Positions 35,739 to 45,700 of a DNA stretch of 64,000 nt are shown here, piece by piece (the first letter of the stretch is position 1; each line of letters starts with the position of its first letter). The position numbers and the translations under genes were made by a program. The stretch covers positions 232,911-296,910 of the forward strand of contig CALAMI010000015.1 in NCBI GenBank assembly GCA_937925685.1, read 5' to 3'. The notes under the pieces are model-generated. The model was not told the DNA's origin. It saw only the letters and a program-made list of their open reading frames with translations, and did no database searches. Source of the DNA: Candidatus Binatia bacterium (GTDB lineage Bacteria; Desulfobacterota; Binatia; HRBIN30).

Positions 35739-38489
35739 TCAGGAACAGCCGCTTGTTGCCCCGCAATTCATGCATTTGTAGCAAGCGCCGTTACGTACCA
35801 TGATGGCACCGCAGTCATGACAGCTCGGAGCATCGGCTTGCGGGCTGAACCCCAAACTAGCGACGGTCGATCCTCCACCGCCCGCGCCGGTTTGGCCACT
35901 TCCCCGAGTGGCGCTGTCCTCCGCTGTGACGACGATTCCCATTTGGGAACGCTGCTCTGGACTGAGAAAGCGCGAGCCCAAGAAGCGAAAAATGTAATCG
36001 ATGAGGGATTTGGCAAAGGGGATATCCGGATTTTTCGTGAAGCCCGAGGGCTCGAAGCGAACGTGGCTGAATTTGTCGACTAACACTTCCAAGGGCACGC
36101 CGTATTGTAAAGCCATGGAGGTGAGAATCCCAATAGTGTCCATCAACCCAGAAACGGTACTTCCTTCCTTAGCAATCTTGATGAAAATCTCTCCGGGCTT
36201 GCCGTCTTCGTAGAGGCCGACGTGGATGTAGCCCTCGTGCCCAGCAATATCGAACTTATGGCGAATCGACTGACAGTCGGCCGGCAGCTTACGCCGCACC
36301 GGGCGAAACTCAGCCACGTTTGCTTGCTTCATCGTGCGAGCGGTGTTCAGGGGCTGCGTGCGCTTACAGCCATCGCGGTAAATGGCCACGGCCTTCAATC
36401 CTAAGCGCCACGCCGCCATGTAGGCCTCCATGATGTCCTCGACGGTGGCCGAATTGGGCATGTTGATCGTTTTCGAGATCGCACCGGAAATAAAAGGTTG
36501 CACCGCCCCCATCATCCGCAGGTGCCCCATGTAGTGAATCGAGCGGCTACCTCGGTGAGGTTTAAAGGCGCAATCGAACACGGGCAAATGCTCCTCACGC
36601 AGCCCCGGGGCACCTTCGATCGTGTCATGCTCGTCGATGTACTCCACAATCTGCTGGATTGCCGTCGACTCGTAACCTAAACGTTTCAAGGCACGCGGGA
36701 CGGTGGAGTTCACGATCTTGAGCATTCCGCCCCCGACTAATTTTTTGTACTTCACCAAAGCGATGTCTGGCTCGACTCCGGTCGTGTCACAATCCATCAT
36801 GAAAGCAATCGTGCCCGTGGGTGCGAGTACCGTCACCTGCGAATTGCGCACGCCCACCCGCGCGCTCGTTTCCACCACCTGGTCCCACACCTGGCGAGCC
36901 GCCCCCAGGAGTTCAAGTGGTACGTGGCTCGGGTTCAGTTTGTGGGCGTAGCTCGCGTGCTTTCGCAGCACCCGGAGCATGTTCTCGCGGTCAGCGACGT
37001 AACCCGCGAAGGATCCCATGGCTTCGGCAATGCGACACGACTGCAAGTACGCCTCGCCGCACATCAAAGCTGTGACTGCGGCTGCGTACTCCCGCCCGGA
37101 ATCCGAATCGTACGGCAACCCCAGAGACATCAGCAGGGCGCCCAGGTTCGCATACCCTAAACCAAGTTGCCGATACGACCGTGCGTTCCGCTCGATTTCC
37201 GGTGTGGGGTAGCTCGAGTGGTCGACGATGATATCTTGTGCAAGGATGGTGACATCCACGGCATGGCGGAAGGCGGCTACATCGAAGTTGCCCGCCTCGT
37301 CAACAAACTTCATCAAGTTCAACGACGCTAAGTTGCACGCCGAGTCATCCAAGTGCATGTACTCCGAGCACGGATTCGAAGCGTTGATACGCCCGGCATT
37401 CGGGCAGGTGTGCCATTCGTTAATGGTGGTGTCGAATTGCATCCCCGGGTCCCCACACACCCACGCCGCCTCCGCGATCATGCGAAACAGATCCCGGGCA
37501 CGGAATTCCTCGCAGACCTCGCCGGTCAGCACGTAGCGGGTACGCCAAACATCGTCGTTCTCCACTGCGCGCATAAACGCGTCCGGCACGCGCACAGAGT
37601 TGTTAGCATTTTGAAAAAAAACCGAACTATACGCTGGACCATCCAGCGAGCCGTCATAGCCGGCATCAATCAGTGCCCACGCCTTTTTCTCCTCTTCTTC
37701 TTTACAGCGGATGAACTCCACGATATCGGGGTGGTCGATGTTGAGCACCACCATTTTCGCCGCCCGCCGCGTCTTGCCGCCAGATTTGATCACTCCGGCA
37801 GACGCATCCGCAGCTTTCATGAACGACACCGGACCCGAAGCCGTACCGCCACCGGCAAGCTTTTCTTTCGAGGAACGAATGCGGGAAAGATTCACCCCTG
37901 AACCCGACCCCCCTTTAAAAATGATTCCCTCGTTACGATACCAGTTTAAAATCGATTCCATGGTATCCTCGACCGAGAGAATGAAGCACGCCGAGCACTG
38001 CGGTCGCTCTTCGATCCCCACGTTGAACCACACGGGGCTGTTAAAGGCCATCTTTTGGTCCAGCAATAAGTGGGTGAGCTCGGCAGAAAACGCCTGTGCG
38101 TCCTCTGCCGTGGCAAAATAACCTTGCTGCTCTCCCCAGGAGCGTAGCGTACCGACCACACGCCCGATTAACTGACGGACGCTTCTTTCCCGATCCGGAC
38201 TTCCTAGTGGCCCACGGAAATATTTCGACACGACCACGCTCGTGGCCAACTGCGACCACGATTTCGGGATCTCCACATTGTCCTGTTCGAAAACAACTTC
38301 ACCTTTTTCCCCAGTGATCACTGCTTTGCGAATTTCCCACTGCACACAGTCAAAGGGATCCACACCGGGCTGGGTGAAATACCGCCGCACCTGCACCCCT
38401 CGGCCCCGCTTCGTCGCCGCGACCTCGGGAATACCAACACCCACCGTCGTCGCCCGCTCACGCCTTTTCCTCTGTATTCCGTTAGCCAT
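35739..38489 (-). CDS. nrdJ: adenosylcobalamin-dependent (class II) ribonucleotide reductase
   Basis: The 916-aa protein carries NPCSEYMHLDDSACNLASLNL and TIAFMMDCDTTGVEPD. It also has the C-terminal Cys cluster CHDCGAIMVRNGACYKCMNCG typical of NrdJ. Confidence 0.95.
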   Translation of the reverse strand: MANGIQRKRRERATTVGVGIPEVAATKRGRGVQVRRYFTQPGVDPFDCVQWEIRKAVITGEKGEVVFEQDNVEIPKSWSQLATSVVVSKYFRGPLGSPDRERSVRQLIGRVVGTLRSWGEQQGYFATAEDAQAFSAELTHLLLDQKMAFNSPVWFNVGIEERPQCSACFILSVEDTMESILNWYRNEGIIFKGGSGSGVNLSRIRSSKEKLAGGGTASGPVSFMKAADASAGVIKSGGKTRRAAKMVVLNIDHPDIVEFIRCKEEEEKKAWALIDAGYDGSLDGPAYSSVFFQNANNSVRVPDAFMRAVENDDVWRTRYVLTGEVCEEFRARDLFRMIAEAAWVCGDPGMQFDTTINEWHTCPNAGRINASNPCSEYMHLDDSACNLASLNLMKFVDEAGNFDVAAFRHAVDVTILAQDIIVDHSSYPTPEIERNARSYRQLGLGYANLGALLMSLGLPYDSDSGREYAAAVTALMCGEAYLQSCRIAEAMGSFAGYVADRENMLRVLRKHASYAHKLNPSHVPLELLGAARQVWDQVVETSARVGVRNSQVTVLAPTGTIAFMMDCDTTGVEPDIALVKYKKLVGGGMLKIVNSTVPRALKRLGYESTAIQQIVEYIDEHDTIEGAPGLREEHLPVFDCAFKPHRGSRSIHYMGHLRMMGAVQPFISGAISKTINMPNSATVEDIMEAYMAAWRLGLKAVAIYRDGCKRTQPLNTARTMKQANVAEFRPVRRKLPADCQSIRHKFDIAGHEGYIHVGLYEDGKPGEIFIKIAKEGSTVSGLMDTIGILTSMALQYGVPLEVLVDKFSHVRFEPSGFTKNPDIPFAKSLIDYIFRFLGSRFLSPEQRSQMGIVVTAEDSATRGSGQTGAGGGGSTVASLGFSPQADAPSCHDCGAIMVRNGACYKCMNCGATSGCS

Positions 38490-38535
38490 TTTGTCTCCTC
38501 TCCGAGATCGTGAACCTAAGCTTTGTTCGCCCGAA

Positions 38536-38591
38536 GCTCAATTGGTTGTGGATGGTACGGACATATCCCACAACATGTTGTGGTAAGTCAA
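38536..38591 (-). promoter_or_regulatory. nrdJ promoter region with two NrdR-box-like sites overlapping a TTGACT -35
   Basis: On the minus strand the order is TTGACT (38591-38586), then the perfect 16-bp palindrome CCACAACATGTTGTGG (38583-38568). A second site CCACAACCAATTGAGC (38551-38536) lies exactly 32 bp downstream and shares the CCACAAC half-site. Confidence 0.5.
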
Positions 38592-38748
38592 GACCTCCCC
38601 CTGCTTCTTCCCTCTTCTGATCCCCAGGAAACGGAGCACCGGGCCGCGCCGACCTCGGTCGGGTTTCTTTCCGGCACCATACCAGCGATGGTGACTTCCA
38701 AACAGGCTAGCCTCGAGTGCCTTAACCAGGTAAGCTGTCGTTGCTGAA

Positions 38749-39261
38749 ATGGCACGCGACAATTCCCTTCCCCCTTTTCAGTCTTTAGCGGAGACGCTTC
38801 GCGGCATTTTACGGCGTCTGGACGCCGAACAGCATCTGCACGTATATCGCCTTTGGGTGGAATGGGAGCTGGTCGTGGGGCCGCAAATCGCCCGTCGCGC
38901 TCGGCCCCTGGAGTTTCGCAATGGCGTACTGTTGCTCGTGGCGGCCTCGGCCACTTGGAGGCAGGAGCTCGAATTTTTAAAGCCCGAGCTGCTGCAGCGA
39001 ATCCGCTCGCATCTCGAAGACGACCGGGTGCGCGATCTGGCAGTGATTGTCGGTAAAGTCAGCCCTACAGCCCTCTGTCCCACGCCGCAACCAAGGCTCG
39101 CGGCTCGACGTGAGGTGTCCCTCGAAGCGATCGACTGTGAAAAGGTTCTCCAACAAGTGAAGGACCCGCTACTAGCCGAATCTTTACGGCGCTTGTGGAA
39201 CACGCGGGAAAGGTTCAGGTTGAGGGCCGCTTCCGGACAGGCGCACTCGTCCTCTCCGTAA
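38749..39261 (+). CDS. DUF721/DciA-like protein
   Basis: The segment RLWVEWELVVGPQIARRARPLEFRNGVLLLVAASATWRQELEFLKPELLQRI resembles the DUF721 core, as recalled. Confidence 0.6.
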   Translation: MARDNSLPPFQSLAETLRGILRRLDAEQHLHVYRLWVEWELVVGPQIARRARPLEFRNGVLLLVAASATWRQELEFLKPELLQRIRSHLEDDRVRDLAVIVGKVSPTALCPTPQPRLAARREVSLEAIDCEKVLQQVKDPLLAESLRRLWNTRERFRLRAASGQAHSSSP

Positions 39262-39315
39262 ATCGCGGGGCCGACGCGGCTCTTGGTATCGGAAACCACG
39301 AGAAGGGAGATTGTC

Positions 39316-40680
39316 ATGGTTGTTTTCCCGCAGGGCTTCTTCTGGGGTACCGCAACCTCAGCCTACCAAATCGAGGGGGCTTGGAACGAAGAAGGAAAAG
39401 GACCCTCAATTTGGGATGTATTCTCTCACACTCCCGGAAAGATTCTCGATGGCAGCACTGGGGACACGGCGTGCGACCACTATCACCGCTACCAAGAAGA
39501 CATCGCTCTCATGGCTCGTTTAGGCCTAAACGCATACCGCTTTTCGGTGTCCTGGCCACGCGTGTTGCCCGAGGGACAGGGCACCGTCAATTCTCTCGGC
39601 CTAGATTTTTACGATCGTCTGGTAGACGCCCTGTGCGAGTGTGGAATCGAGCCATTCGTCACCTTGTACCATTGGGATCTCCCTCAGGCGTTGCAGGACG
39701 GCGGTGGTTGGGAAGCACGCAACACGGCACTGGCATTTGCCGACTATGTTTCTGTAGTGGCGAGCCGCCTCGGCGACCGTGTCCACCACTGGATCACCTT
39801 AAACGAGCCGCTCGCTGTCGTTGTGGCGGGATACGTGCTCGGCATCCACCCGCCTGCGAAGCAACAGCCTCACGCCGCGGTCCAGGTTTCACACCACTTG
39901 AACGTCGCCCACAGCTTGGCAGTTCAAGTGCTGCGCGGGCTTTGTCCCGCTAGCAAGGTCGGCATCACCCACGTCTCGCTACCAGTCTACCCGGCCTCGG
40001 AATCCAGCGAAGACCAAGCGGCGGCACAGCGCTTCGATTGTCTGGTCAACCGTTGGTTTTGGGAGCCGAGCTTGACCGGGCAGTACCCCGTGGAGGGGTG
40101 GGAATTACTGGCGGAATTCGTTCCGCAAACGGACGCAGGTGACGAGGAGCTCCTGCGTGTGCCGATCGATTTCTTTGGTCACAACAGTTACACGCGCGCT
40201 GTTGTCCGAAACGATCCGAGCGTGCCCTTGGTCGGTGCCTCACAGGTGCCCCAAGTGGGTCGTCCTCACACAGGGATGGGCTGGGAGGTGTATCCTGATC
40301 ATCTTTACGACTCACTGCTTCGCATCACCAAGGACTATCGCCCACCAGCGATTTTCGTCACCGAAAACGGCGCCGCCTATCCTGACGAAGTTCAGGCGGG
40401 CCGCGTGGCTGACGTGCAACGCGTTCACTACCTGCGAGAGCATCTCGTCCGCGCTGGTCGGGCCATTGCGGCCGGGGTGCCGTTGCAGGGCTATTTCTGC
40501 TGGTCCCTCCTCGACAACTTCGAGTGGACGTACGGCTATACGCAGCGTTTCGGCATCGTCTACGTGGATTTCGATACGCAGCAGCGCATCGTCAAAGACA
40601 GTGGCTACTTCTACTCGAGGATTGCCTCACACAATGAGCTTGAAGAGAACGGGGGAAACGAGACAGCTCTCCCGGAGTAA
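39316..40680 (+). CDS. GH1 beta-glucosidase
   Basis: Start at ATG 39316 (AAGGGAG upstream). Motifs: FPQGFFWGTATSAYQIEGA, TLYHWDLPQAL, the NEP acid/base, and the ITENG-type nucleophile (FVTENGAAY). Confidence 0.9.
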   Translation: MVVFPQGFFWGTATSAYQIEGAWNEEGKGPSIWDVFSHTPGKILDGSTGDTACDHYHRYQEDIALMARLGLNAYRFSVSWPRVLPEGQGTVNSLGLDFYDRLVDALCECGIEPFVTLYHWDLPQALQDGGGWEARNTALAFADYVSVVASRLGDRVHHWITLNEPLAVVVAGYVLGIHPPAKQQPHAAVQVSHHLNVAHSLAVQVLRGLCPASKVGITHVSLPVYPASESSEDQAAAQRFDCLVNRWFWEPSLTGQYPVEGWELLAEFVPQTDAGDEELLRVPIDFFGHNSYTRAVVRNDPSVPLVGASQVPQVGRPHTGMGWEVYPDHLYDSLLRITKDYRPPAIFVTENGAAYPDEVQAGRVADVQRVHYLREHLVRAGRAIAAGVPLQGYFCWSLLDNFEWTYGYTQRFGIVYVDFDTQQRIVKDSGYFYSRIASHNELEENGGNETALPE

Positions 40681-41131
40681 AAAGGACCTTGTGTCCGCTG
40701 GTTGTGTTGTTACCCGCTCGCGTGGCGGTACGACCGAGATTCTCTTGGTGCACCCTCGCGGAGCGACGTTTCGAAAACCGCTGTTTGGGATCCCCAAAGG
40801 CCATGTCGAACCGGGCGAACAACCTGCCGAAGCGGCAGTCCGCGAAACCAAAGAAGAAACGGGGCTGAACGTTCGAATCGTCGGTGACCTGGGCACGATC
40901 CGCCAAAAATCAGGGAAACTCGTCTACGGCTTCTGGGCCGTGGTTCATCCCGACAGTGAAAGTGCGATTGACGAACGGGGCCGATGCACCTCCGCCGATC
41001 GCGTCGAAGTTGACGTCTGCCGATTTTATCCCCTCGACCAGGCTGAGCTGCTGATGATTCCGGCCCAGCGGGAGTTCCTCACCCGTCTCCGGAAACATCT
41101 GGGAACACGTGTCCCCAAGGCGCAACTCTAA
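40633..41131 (+). CDS. NUDIX hydrolase
   Basis: The Nudix box is GHVEPGEQPAEAAVRETKEETGL. The start is uncertain: ATG 40633 overlaps the bgl 3' end, with GTG ~40691 as the alternative. The upstream part of track ORF 40139.. is a frame artefact. Confidence 0.75.
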
Positions 41132-41184
41132 CCGCTCCTTTCCCGGCAACCTGCTCTACGTACTCAGCGGCACTCCAGCGAGGC

Positions 41185-42081
41185 ATGCTTTCGAAGCTTG
41201 CACGCGCGCAATGCGGTGGTAGGAACGCTTCCCACAGATGGGCTGCGCATGCTGCGCTTGGTGACCGAGGCTTTGGGGAGGACCAACGAGTGCATGGAAA
41301 AAATGCTGCTTTGATACGGAAATACTATCCCAACTACCGCTCACCGAAACGGGCGTACGAGCAGCTCCTGGACCACACCGTCACTGCTGACACGATCTGG
41401 CTGGACGTTGGCTGTGGGCGCCATCTTACCGGCAACAGCCAACTCAACGTGGCTCTTTCCCGGCGAGCCCGGTTGATCGTCGGTTGCGATCGTGACCCAC
41501 ACCTCAAACGCCACGAGACACTGCACCATCTCGTTCTCTGTGACGCGGCCGCGTTGCCCTTCCGCGACGAAACATTCACGTTGGTTACTGCGGCCATGGT
41601 CGCCGAGCATCTGGAACATCCAGACCGAGTGTTCTCCGAGGTGGCCCGCATCATCGCCCCGGGCGGGCGCTTCATCGTTTTTACACCGAACAAATGGAAT
41701 TACGCCATGGTCGTGGCTCGACTTACGCCGCATTGGTTCCACATGACTTACAAACGTCTGACTTACTTCTTGAACCGGCGCGAGTGGCGCACATTCCAGG
41801 ATGACGTTTTCCCCACTTGGTATCGGGCCAATAGCATTTCTGCTTTGCGTGCCTTGGCGCGGCAGGCGGGGCTTATGGAGGTGCAGATCACTCGTCACGG
41901 CTTGGCCCATTCTTTTGGCTTCGTGAAACCGTTGTATATCCTCTCTCTCCTGTTCGAGAGGCTCATCGACCGACCCGTTTTGGAAGTTCTTAAGGCGGAC
42001 ATCCTAGCGGTTTTCGAAAAGCCAAACGGAGCAGAGTCACTTACCGGCGGTAAGGGACGAACAGTCTTTCCGGCCGTTTAG
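41185..42081 (+). CDS. class I SAM-dependent methyltransferase
   Basis: Motif I is WLDVGCGRH. Also present: AAMVAEHLEHPDRVFSEVARIIAPGGRFIVFTPN. The start is uncertain. Confidence 0.75.
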   Translation: MLSKLARAQCGGRNASHRWAAHAALGDRGFGEDQRVHGKNAALIRKYYPNYRSPKRAYEQLLDHTVTADTIWLDVGCGRHLTGNSQLNVALSRRARLIVGCDRDPHLKRHETLHHLVLCDAAALPFRDETFTLVTAAMVAEHLEHPDRVFSEVARIIAPGGRFIVFTPNKWNYAMVVARLTPHWFHMTYKRLTYFLNRREWRTFQDDVFPTWYRANSISALRALARQAGLMEVQITRHGLAHSFGFVKPLYILSLLFERLIDRPVLEVLKADILAVFEKPNGAESLTGGKGRTVFPAV

Positions 42082-42220
42082 CGGCACACCCGGATTCGCC
42101 ATCGGAACACCCATCCGCAGACCACAGCCAAGAGGCCGCCGGGCGCGAGAGGGGACGACGCGCTTGCGCCCTCGCCGCGAAGCAGATAGCAAGGCTGCTC
42201 CGAGAAAGGAGACCTGAAAA

Positions 42221-42421
42221 ATGGCAGATGCAAAAATCAAGGTGCTGAAAGATGGTCCGTACGAGGTGCACGGTGATATCGAGCTGGTCGACTCCCAACG
42301 CAACCCCATACCCATTCCCGAACGACCGTTCTACTTGTGTCGTTGCGGGCAGTCCGCAAATAAACCATTTTGCGATGGTTCCCATAAAACAGCAGGTTTC
42401 AAGACCGACGGCGCATCATAG
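42221..42421 (+). CDS. CDGSH iron-sulfur domain protein
   Basis: The motif CRCGQSANKPFCDGSH is present. Confidence 0.85.
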   Translation: MADAKIKVLKDGPYEVHGDIELVDSQRNPIPIPERPFYLCRCGQSANKPFCDGSHKTAGFKTDGAS

Positions 42422-42456
42422 TTCTGGACCACACAGTACCAAGGGAGGAATGGAAA

Positions 42457-42945
42457 ATGGCAATTAAAGTCGGGGAGCGCTTACCACTCCACATCAAGTT
42501 GAAGGAGATGACCGACAGTGGGCCGCGAGATGTCAGCTTGGAGGAACTCTTCCAGGGTAAGAAGGTGGTGTTATTCGCCGTACCAGGAGCCTTCACCCCC
42601 ACATGCTCCGCTAAACATCTACCTGGCTTCATCGAAAAGGCCGAGGAAATGAAACGCAAAGGCGTTAACGAAATCGTGTGCGTCGCCGTCAACGATCCCT
42701 TTGTCATGGGTGCCTGGGGGACCGCCAGCGGATCGCATGGAAAAGTGCGCCTGCTCGCCGATGGAAACGCGGAGTTCACCAAGGCCGTGGGCCTTGAACT
42801 TGACGCAAGCGGTTTCGGGATGGGTTTACGTTCACAACGCTATGCCATGATTGTCAACGACGGCGTGGTAGAAGAACTCTTAGTGGAGCCAGGCCCGGGG
42901 CTAACTGTCTCAAGCGCGGAATCGGTACTCGCCAAACTTGGTTGA
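42457..42945 (+). CDS. peroxiredoxin, Prx5/type II subfamily
   Basis: KKVVLFAVPGAFTPTCSAKHLPGF carries the peroxidatic Cys motif. Confidence 0.9.
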   Translation: MAIKVGERLPLHIKLKEMTDSGPRDVSLEELFQGKKVVLFAVPGAFTPTCSAKHLPGFIEKAEEMKRKGVNEIVCVAVNDPFVMGAWGTASGSHGKVRLLADGNAEFTKAVGLELDASGFGMGLRSQRYAMIVNDGVVEELLVEPGPGLTVSSAESVLAKLG

Positions 42946-43121
42946 GCCACGGCAACGGCGGACAGGCCAGGCGGAATTTCCACAAGCGGGCCAGAGGCGC
43001 AACGCGGCAATGCTCCTGAGAAAAGGCTCTCTCTCCGCCACCGGTGCCTTCGTGTTGCGCGGGCGCAAGGCCCGTCTTGTCGCGCCAACGTACTCGAAAT
43101 TTCCTCGGTTACGTCTGCAGA

Positions 43122-43194
43122 AGGCGGCGAGCGGATTCGAACCGCTGCATCGAGGTTTTGCAGACCTCTCCCTTAGCCACTTGGGTACGCCGCC
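43122..43194 (-). tRNA. tRNA-Cys (GCA)
   Basis: A manual cloverleaf fold works. Acceptor stem GGCGGCG/CGCCGCC, anticodon stem GAGGT/ACCTC with loop CUGCAAA, T-arm AGCGG-TTCGAAT-CCGCT, and discriminator U73. Confidence 0.9.
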
Positions 43195-43397
43195 GGACTG
43201 ACAAGTCTGATCGGTTAGCAAGGTAGCCACATGCCTGCAACCGGCCGACCTTTTGCGGACAACAGGACATAGCTCCAGAAAAAGGCTTCCGATGCTTTGC
43301 AACCTGAAATGCCTTCCTCTAACGAGAATTCCCCCATAAGTGTGCTGCTGGGTGCAGAGCCCTGCAGGTCCACCATCTTGCAGACAAAGGATCACCA

Positions 43398-43886
43398 ATG
43401 ACCAAAAAGCGGAGTTGGGGATGTGGTCTTGTTTTCACTACGGCTTTGCTCACATGGTCTGGCTGTCGTGGTTGCCAGCCAGCTGCTGGGCCACCGCTTC
43501 TCGTTCCTCAAGAGGGGCAATTGCCCAAGGCTCCTGTGGCCTCACAAACGCCGGGGAACCCGGTTGCCGAGGCTCCTCCGCCAGGCTGTGTGGTCATTCT
43601 CACGCCCGATGTTGACCGCGGCCAAGCTCCCCTCGAAGTGCGCTTCACCGCAGAGGGTCTTTGCTCCGACGCCCCAGGGGAGTTCGACTGGGACTTTGGA
43701 GACGGGTCACCGCCTCTCATCGCGATGAAACCAGAACAGCCACCCGACAAGGCCGACTACGCCTTCGTACGCACCCAACACGTTTACACCAAGCCCGGTG
43801 AATACATCGCCAAGGTCACCCTGCGGGATCCCCAAAATAACGTCTCCGATGTCGACGAATATCCCATCACGGTGGAATCCCCATAG
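43398..43886 (+). CDS. PKD-domain lipoprotein
   Basis: The lipobox is LLTWSGC. PLEVRFTAEG...FDWDFGDGS is a PKD signature. Confidence 0.75.
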   Translation: MTKKRSWGCGLVFTTALLTWSGCRGCQPAAGPPLLVPQEGQLPKAPVASQTPGNPVAEAPPPGCVVILTPDVDRGQAPLEVRFTAEGLCSDAPGEFDWDFGDGSPPLIAMKPEQPPDKADYAFVRTQHVYTKPGEYIAKVTLRDPQNNVSDVDEYPITVESP

Positions 43887-43936
43887 TCAGCTGCCGCTAC
43901 CTTGGGGCATCGGCAGAACCGCTCCCCAGCAGTGTT

Positions 43937-43965
43937 TTGACTTGAGGAATCCGCTGCGCTAGAAA
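43937..43965 (+). promoter_or_regulatory. sigma-70-type promoter for tRNA-Gly
   Basis: TTGACT, a 17-nt spacer, then TAGAAA. The -10 element ends 11 nt before the tRNA 5' end. Confidence 0.45.
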
Positions 43966-43976
43966 CGGCGGCACAT

Positions 43977-44050
43977 GCGGGTGTAGCTCAGCTGGCTAGA
44001 GCGTATGCTTGCCAAGCATAAGGTCGCCGGTTCGACCCCGGTCACCCGCT
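43977..44050 (+). tRNA. tRNA-Gly (GCC)
   Basis: Acceptor stem GCGGGTG/CACCCGC, D-stem GCTC/GAGC, anticodon stem TATGC/GCATA with loop UUGCCAA, and T-loop TTCGACC. Confidence 0.9.
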
Positions 44051-44057
44051 TTCCTCT

Positions 44058-44086
44058 GGCTCCTCAGGCAGGAGCCTTTTTGCTTT
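44058..44086 (+). terminator. rho-independent terminator after tRNA-Gly
   Basis: GGCTCCT-caggc-AGGAGCC is followed by TTTTTGCTTT. Confidence 0.7.
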
Positions 44087-44151
44087 CCTCCCTCTTGTGC
44101 CGCTTCAGAGGCTGATTCATTCTTGGACCAACGTATGGAGGACCTTGGGCG

Positions 44152-44610
44152 ATGTACGTAGCTGAAATCCTCGAACGCTGCGCTGTTCTCGCCGAGCGCA
44201 CCGCCGCACTTTACCGCCGGCTAGCAGAGCAATTTTCTTACGACAGCGGACGGCGCGAGTTGTGCCACGAACTTGCCTTGATCGAGGAAACCCATGCAAA
44301 GGTGCTCCGCGAAGAACTCGCAAGTTTCCAGCAGCGCGAAGAATCCGGAGATTTTCTACCCGAGTTCGGGCAGCGAATTCTCAGCATCGAAGAACACCTG
44401 GCAGAACTCGAGCGACGCATCTCCGCGACACAAACCTTCAACGAGGCCACGGATGCCTTGCTCGCCTTGCAACAGACCAGCCTGGAAGATCTATACGACG
44501 ATTTGGTCGTTCAGGGAGATCCATCATTCCGTATCTTTGTCGAGCGCTTGGAAGCGGCTTTCGCCAACTCCCCCAAGGGGGCAGTTTTTCGCCGTCCAAA
44601 GCGCTCGTAG
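44152..44610 (+). CDS. hypothetical helical protein (possibly ferritin-like four-helix bundle)
   Basis: A 152-aa all-helical-looking sequence with an ExxH (IEETHAKV). No firm family assignment. Confidence 0.45.
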   Translation: MYVAEILERCAVLAERTAALYRRLAEQFSYDSGRRELCHELALIEETHAKVLREELASFQQREESGDFLPEFGQRILSIEEHLAELERRISATQTFNEATDALLALQQTSLEDLYDDLVVQGDPSFRIFVERLEAAFANSPKGAVFRRPKRS

Positions 44611-44680
44611 ATGCACCCACAGCCGGCAAGCTTCCCCTTGCCGCTCTGGTCACGTAGGAGCAAGTCGCTAAACTGGCGCC

Positions 44681-45658
44681 ATGGCCGATCGTCGAAACTC
44701 CCGACCAAACGACAAGACAAGGAATAGCGTGACTCGCAACCTCGGCGTAGCCGTCGCGCTCAGCACGATTGCGTTCGGATGTGCTGGCAAAAAACTCAAG
44801 ACTGCTGAGGAGTACTTTGCCGCGGCAAACGAGCATTTTCGCAGTGGCGCTTTCAGCGCCGCGACAGCCGAGTACCGTGAGCTACTCGACCAGCACCCGT
44901 TCAGCGATTTGGTCGAACCAGCCGAGTTACGCATTGCCCACGCCCAGTACTTGGATGGGAGGTTTGCCGAGGCTGTGGTCGCATTGACTGACTTTCAGCG
45001 CCGTCATCCGACCAGTCCCCACCTTCCGTTCGTCGGTTACCTGTTAGGCATGTGTTACGCCCGACAGATGCTCGCTTATGATCGTGATCAAACCGCCGCA
45101 CAAAATGCGCAAACTTACTTCCTCACAGTGGTTCGCCAGTTTCCCGATAGCCCGTACGCTGTCCTCGCACGGTCCGAGCTCAGGCGTTGTCGGCAACGCT
45201 TGGCACAACACGAGCTGTATATTGCCGAGTTCTACTGGAAGCGCGGCAATTGGAATGCGGCTGAAGCCCGCCTGGTCGACCTAGCTGCTCGCTACAGCGA
45301 CACCGAAGAGGCCGTCAGCGGGTTAATGCGGTTGGCACGATTCTATCGATCCCGCGGCTTACGGGACCGGGCTACACTGGCCTACCGTGCGGTGACGCAG
45401 TTGCGGCCGGGATCGACGCAAGCGATTCGCGCACAACGGGCGTTGCAAAAGCTAACCTCCGGGCCGACAGCCGTGGCAGCCGATCCCATCGACGTCCTTC
45501 TTGCACTAAACGGGCGCAGCCGGCTCGACCAGGTTTACGAAACCGCGCAAGTGCCGCTACCGCAGGCACCGCAACTGCCATCGCGATCCAGCGGTTTTCC
45601 GGCACCGGCGCTAGGTACCGGGTTCGATCCGTTTGGCCGCGGTCGAACCTACTATTAA
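44681..45658 (+). CDS. bamD: outer membrane protein assembly factor BamD (TPR lipoprotein)
   Basis: The lipobox is TIAFGC. Motifs: YLLGMCYARQM...FLTVVRQFPDSPYAVLARSELRRCRQRLAQHELYIAEFYWKRGNWNAA. Confidence 0.85.
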   Translation: MADRRNSRPNDKTRNSVTRNLGVAVALSTIAFGCAGKKLKTAEEYFAAANEHFRSGAFSAATAEYRELLDQHPFSDLVEPAELRIAHAQYLDGRFAEAVVALTDFQRRHPTSPHLPFVGYLLGMCYARQMLAYDRDQTAAQNAQTYFLTVVRQFPDSPYAVLARSELRRCRQRLAQHELYIAEFYWKRGNWNAAEARLVDLAARYSDTEEAVSGLMRLARFYRSRGLRDRATLAYRAVTQLRPGSTQAIRAQRALQKLTSGPTAVAADPIDVLLALNGRSRLDQVYETAQVPLPQAPQLPSRSSGFPAPALGTGFDPFGRGRTYY

Positions 45659-45700
45659 GTAAGTTGGCCACAACCTGCGCGTGGAGTAGCACCTCTTTCG

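Noticed and set aside
38490-38748. Cobalamin riboswitch in the nrdJ leader
   Set aside because: GGTGCC and GGGAA-like strings are present, but I could not assemble a B12 box or the conserved stems. B12 riboswitches normally control B12-independent isozymes or transport, not the B12-dependent RNR. The NrdR-box interpretation fits better.
43122-44050. tRNA-Cys / tRNA-Gly pair flanking a small PKD lipoprotein gene as a possible integration hotspot or genomic islet
   Set aside because: There is no integrase, no direct repeat of a tRNA 3' end and no compositional break. Only one ordinary-looking gene lies between the tRNAs.
44624-44643. Hairpin CGGCAAG-(6 nt)-CTTGCCG after the 44152-44610 gene as a terminator
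   Set aside because: The stem is only 7 bp with no following U-tract. bamD starts 38 nt later on the same strand. The evidence is too weak to annotate.
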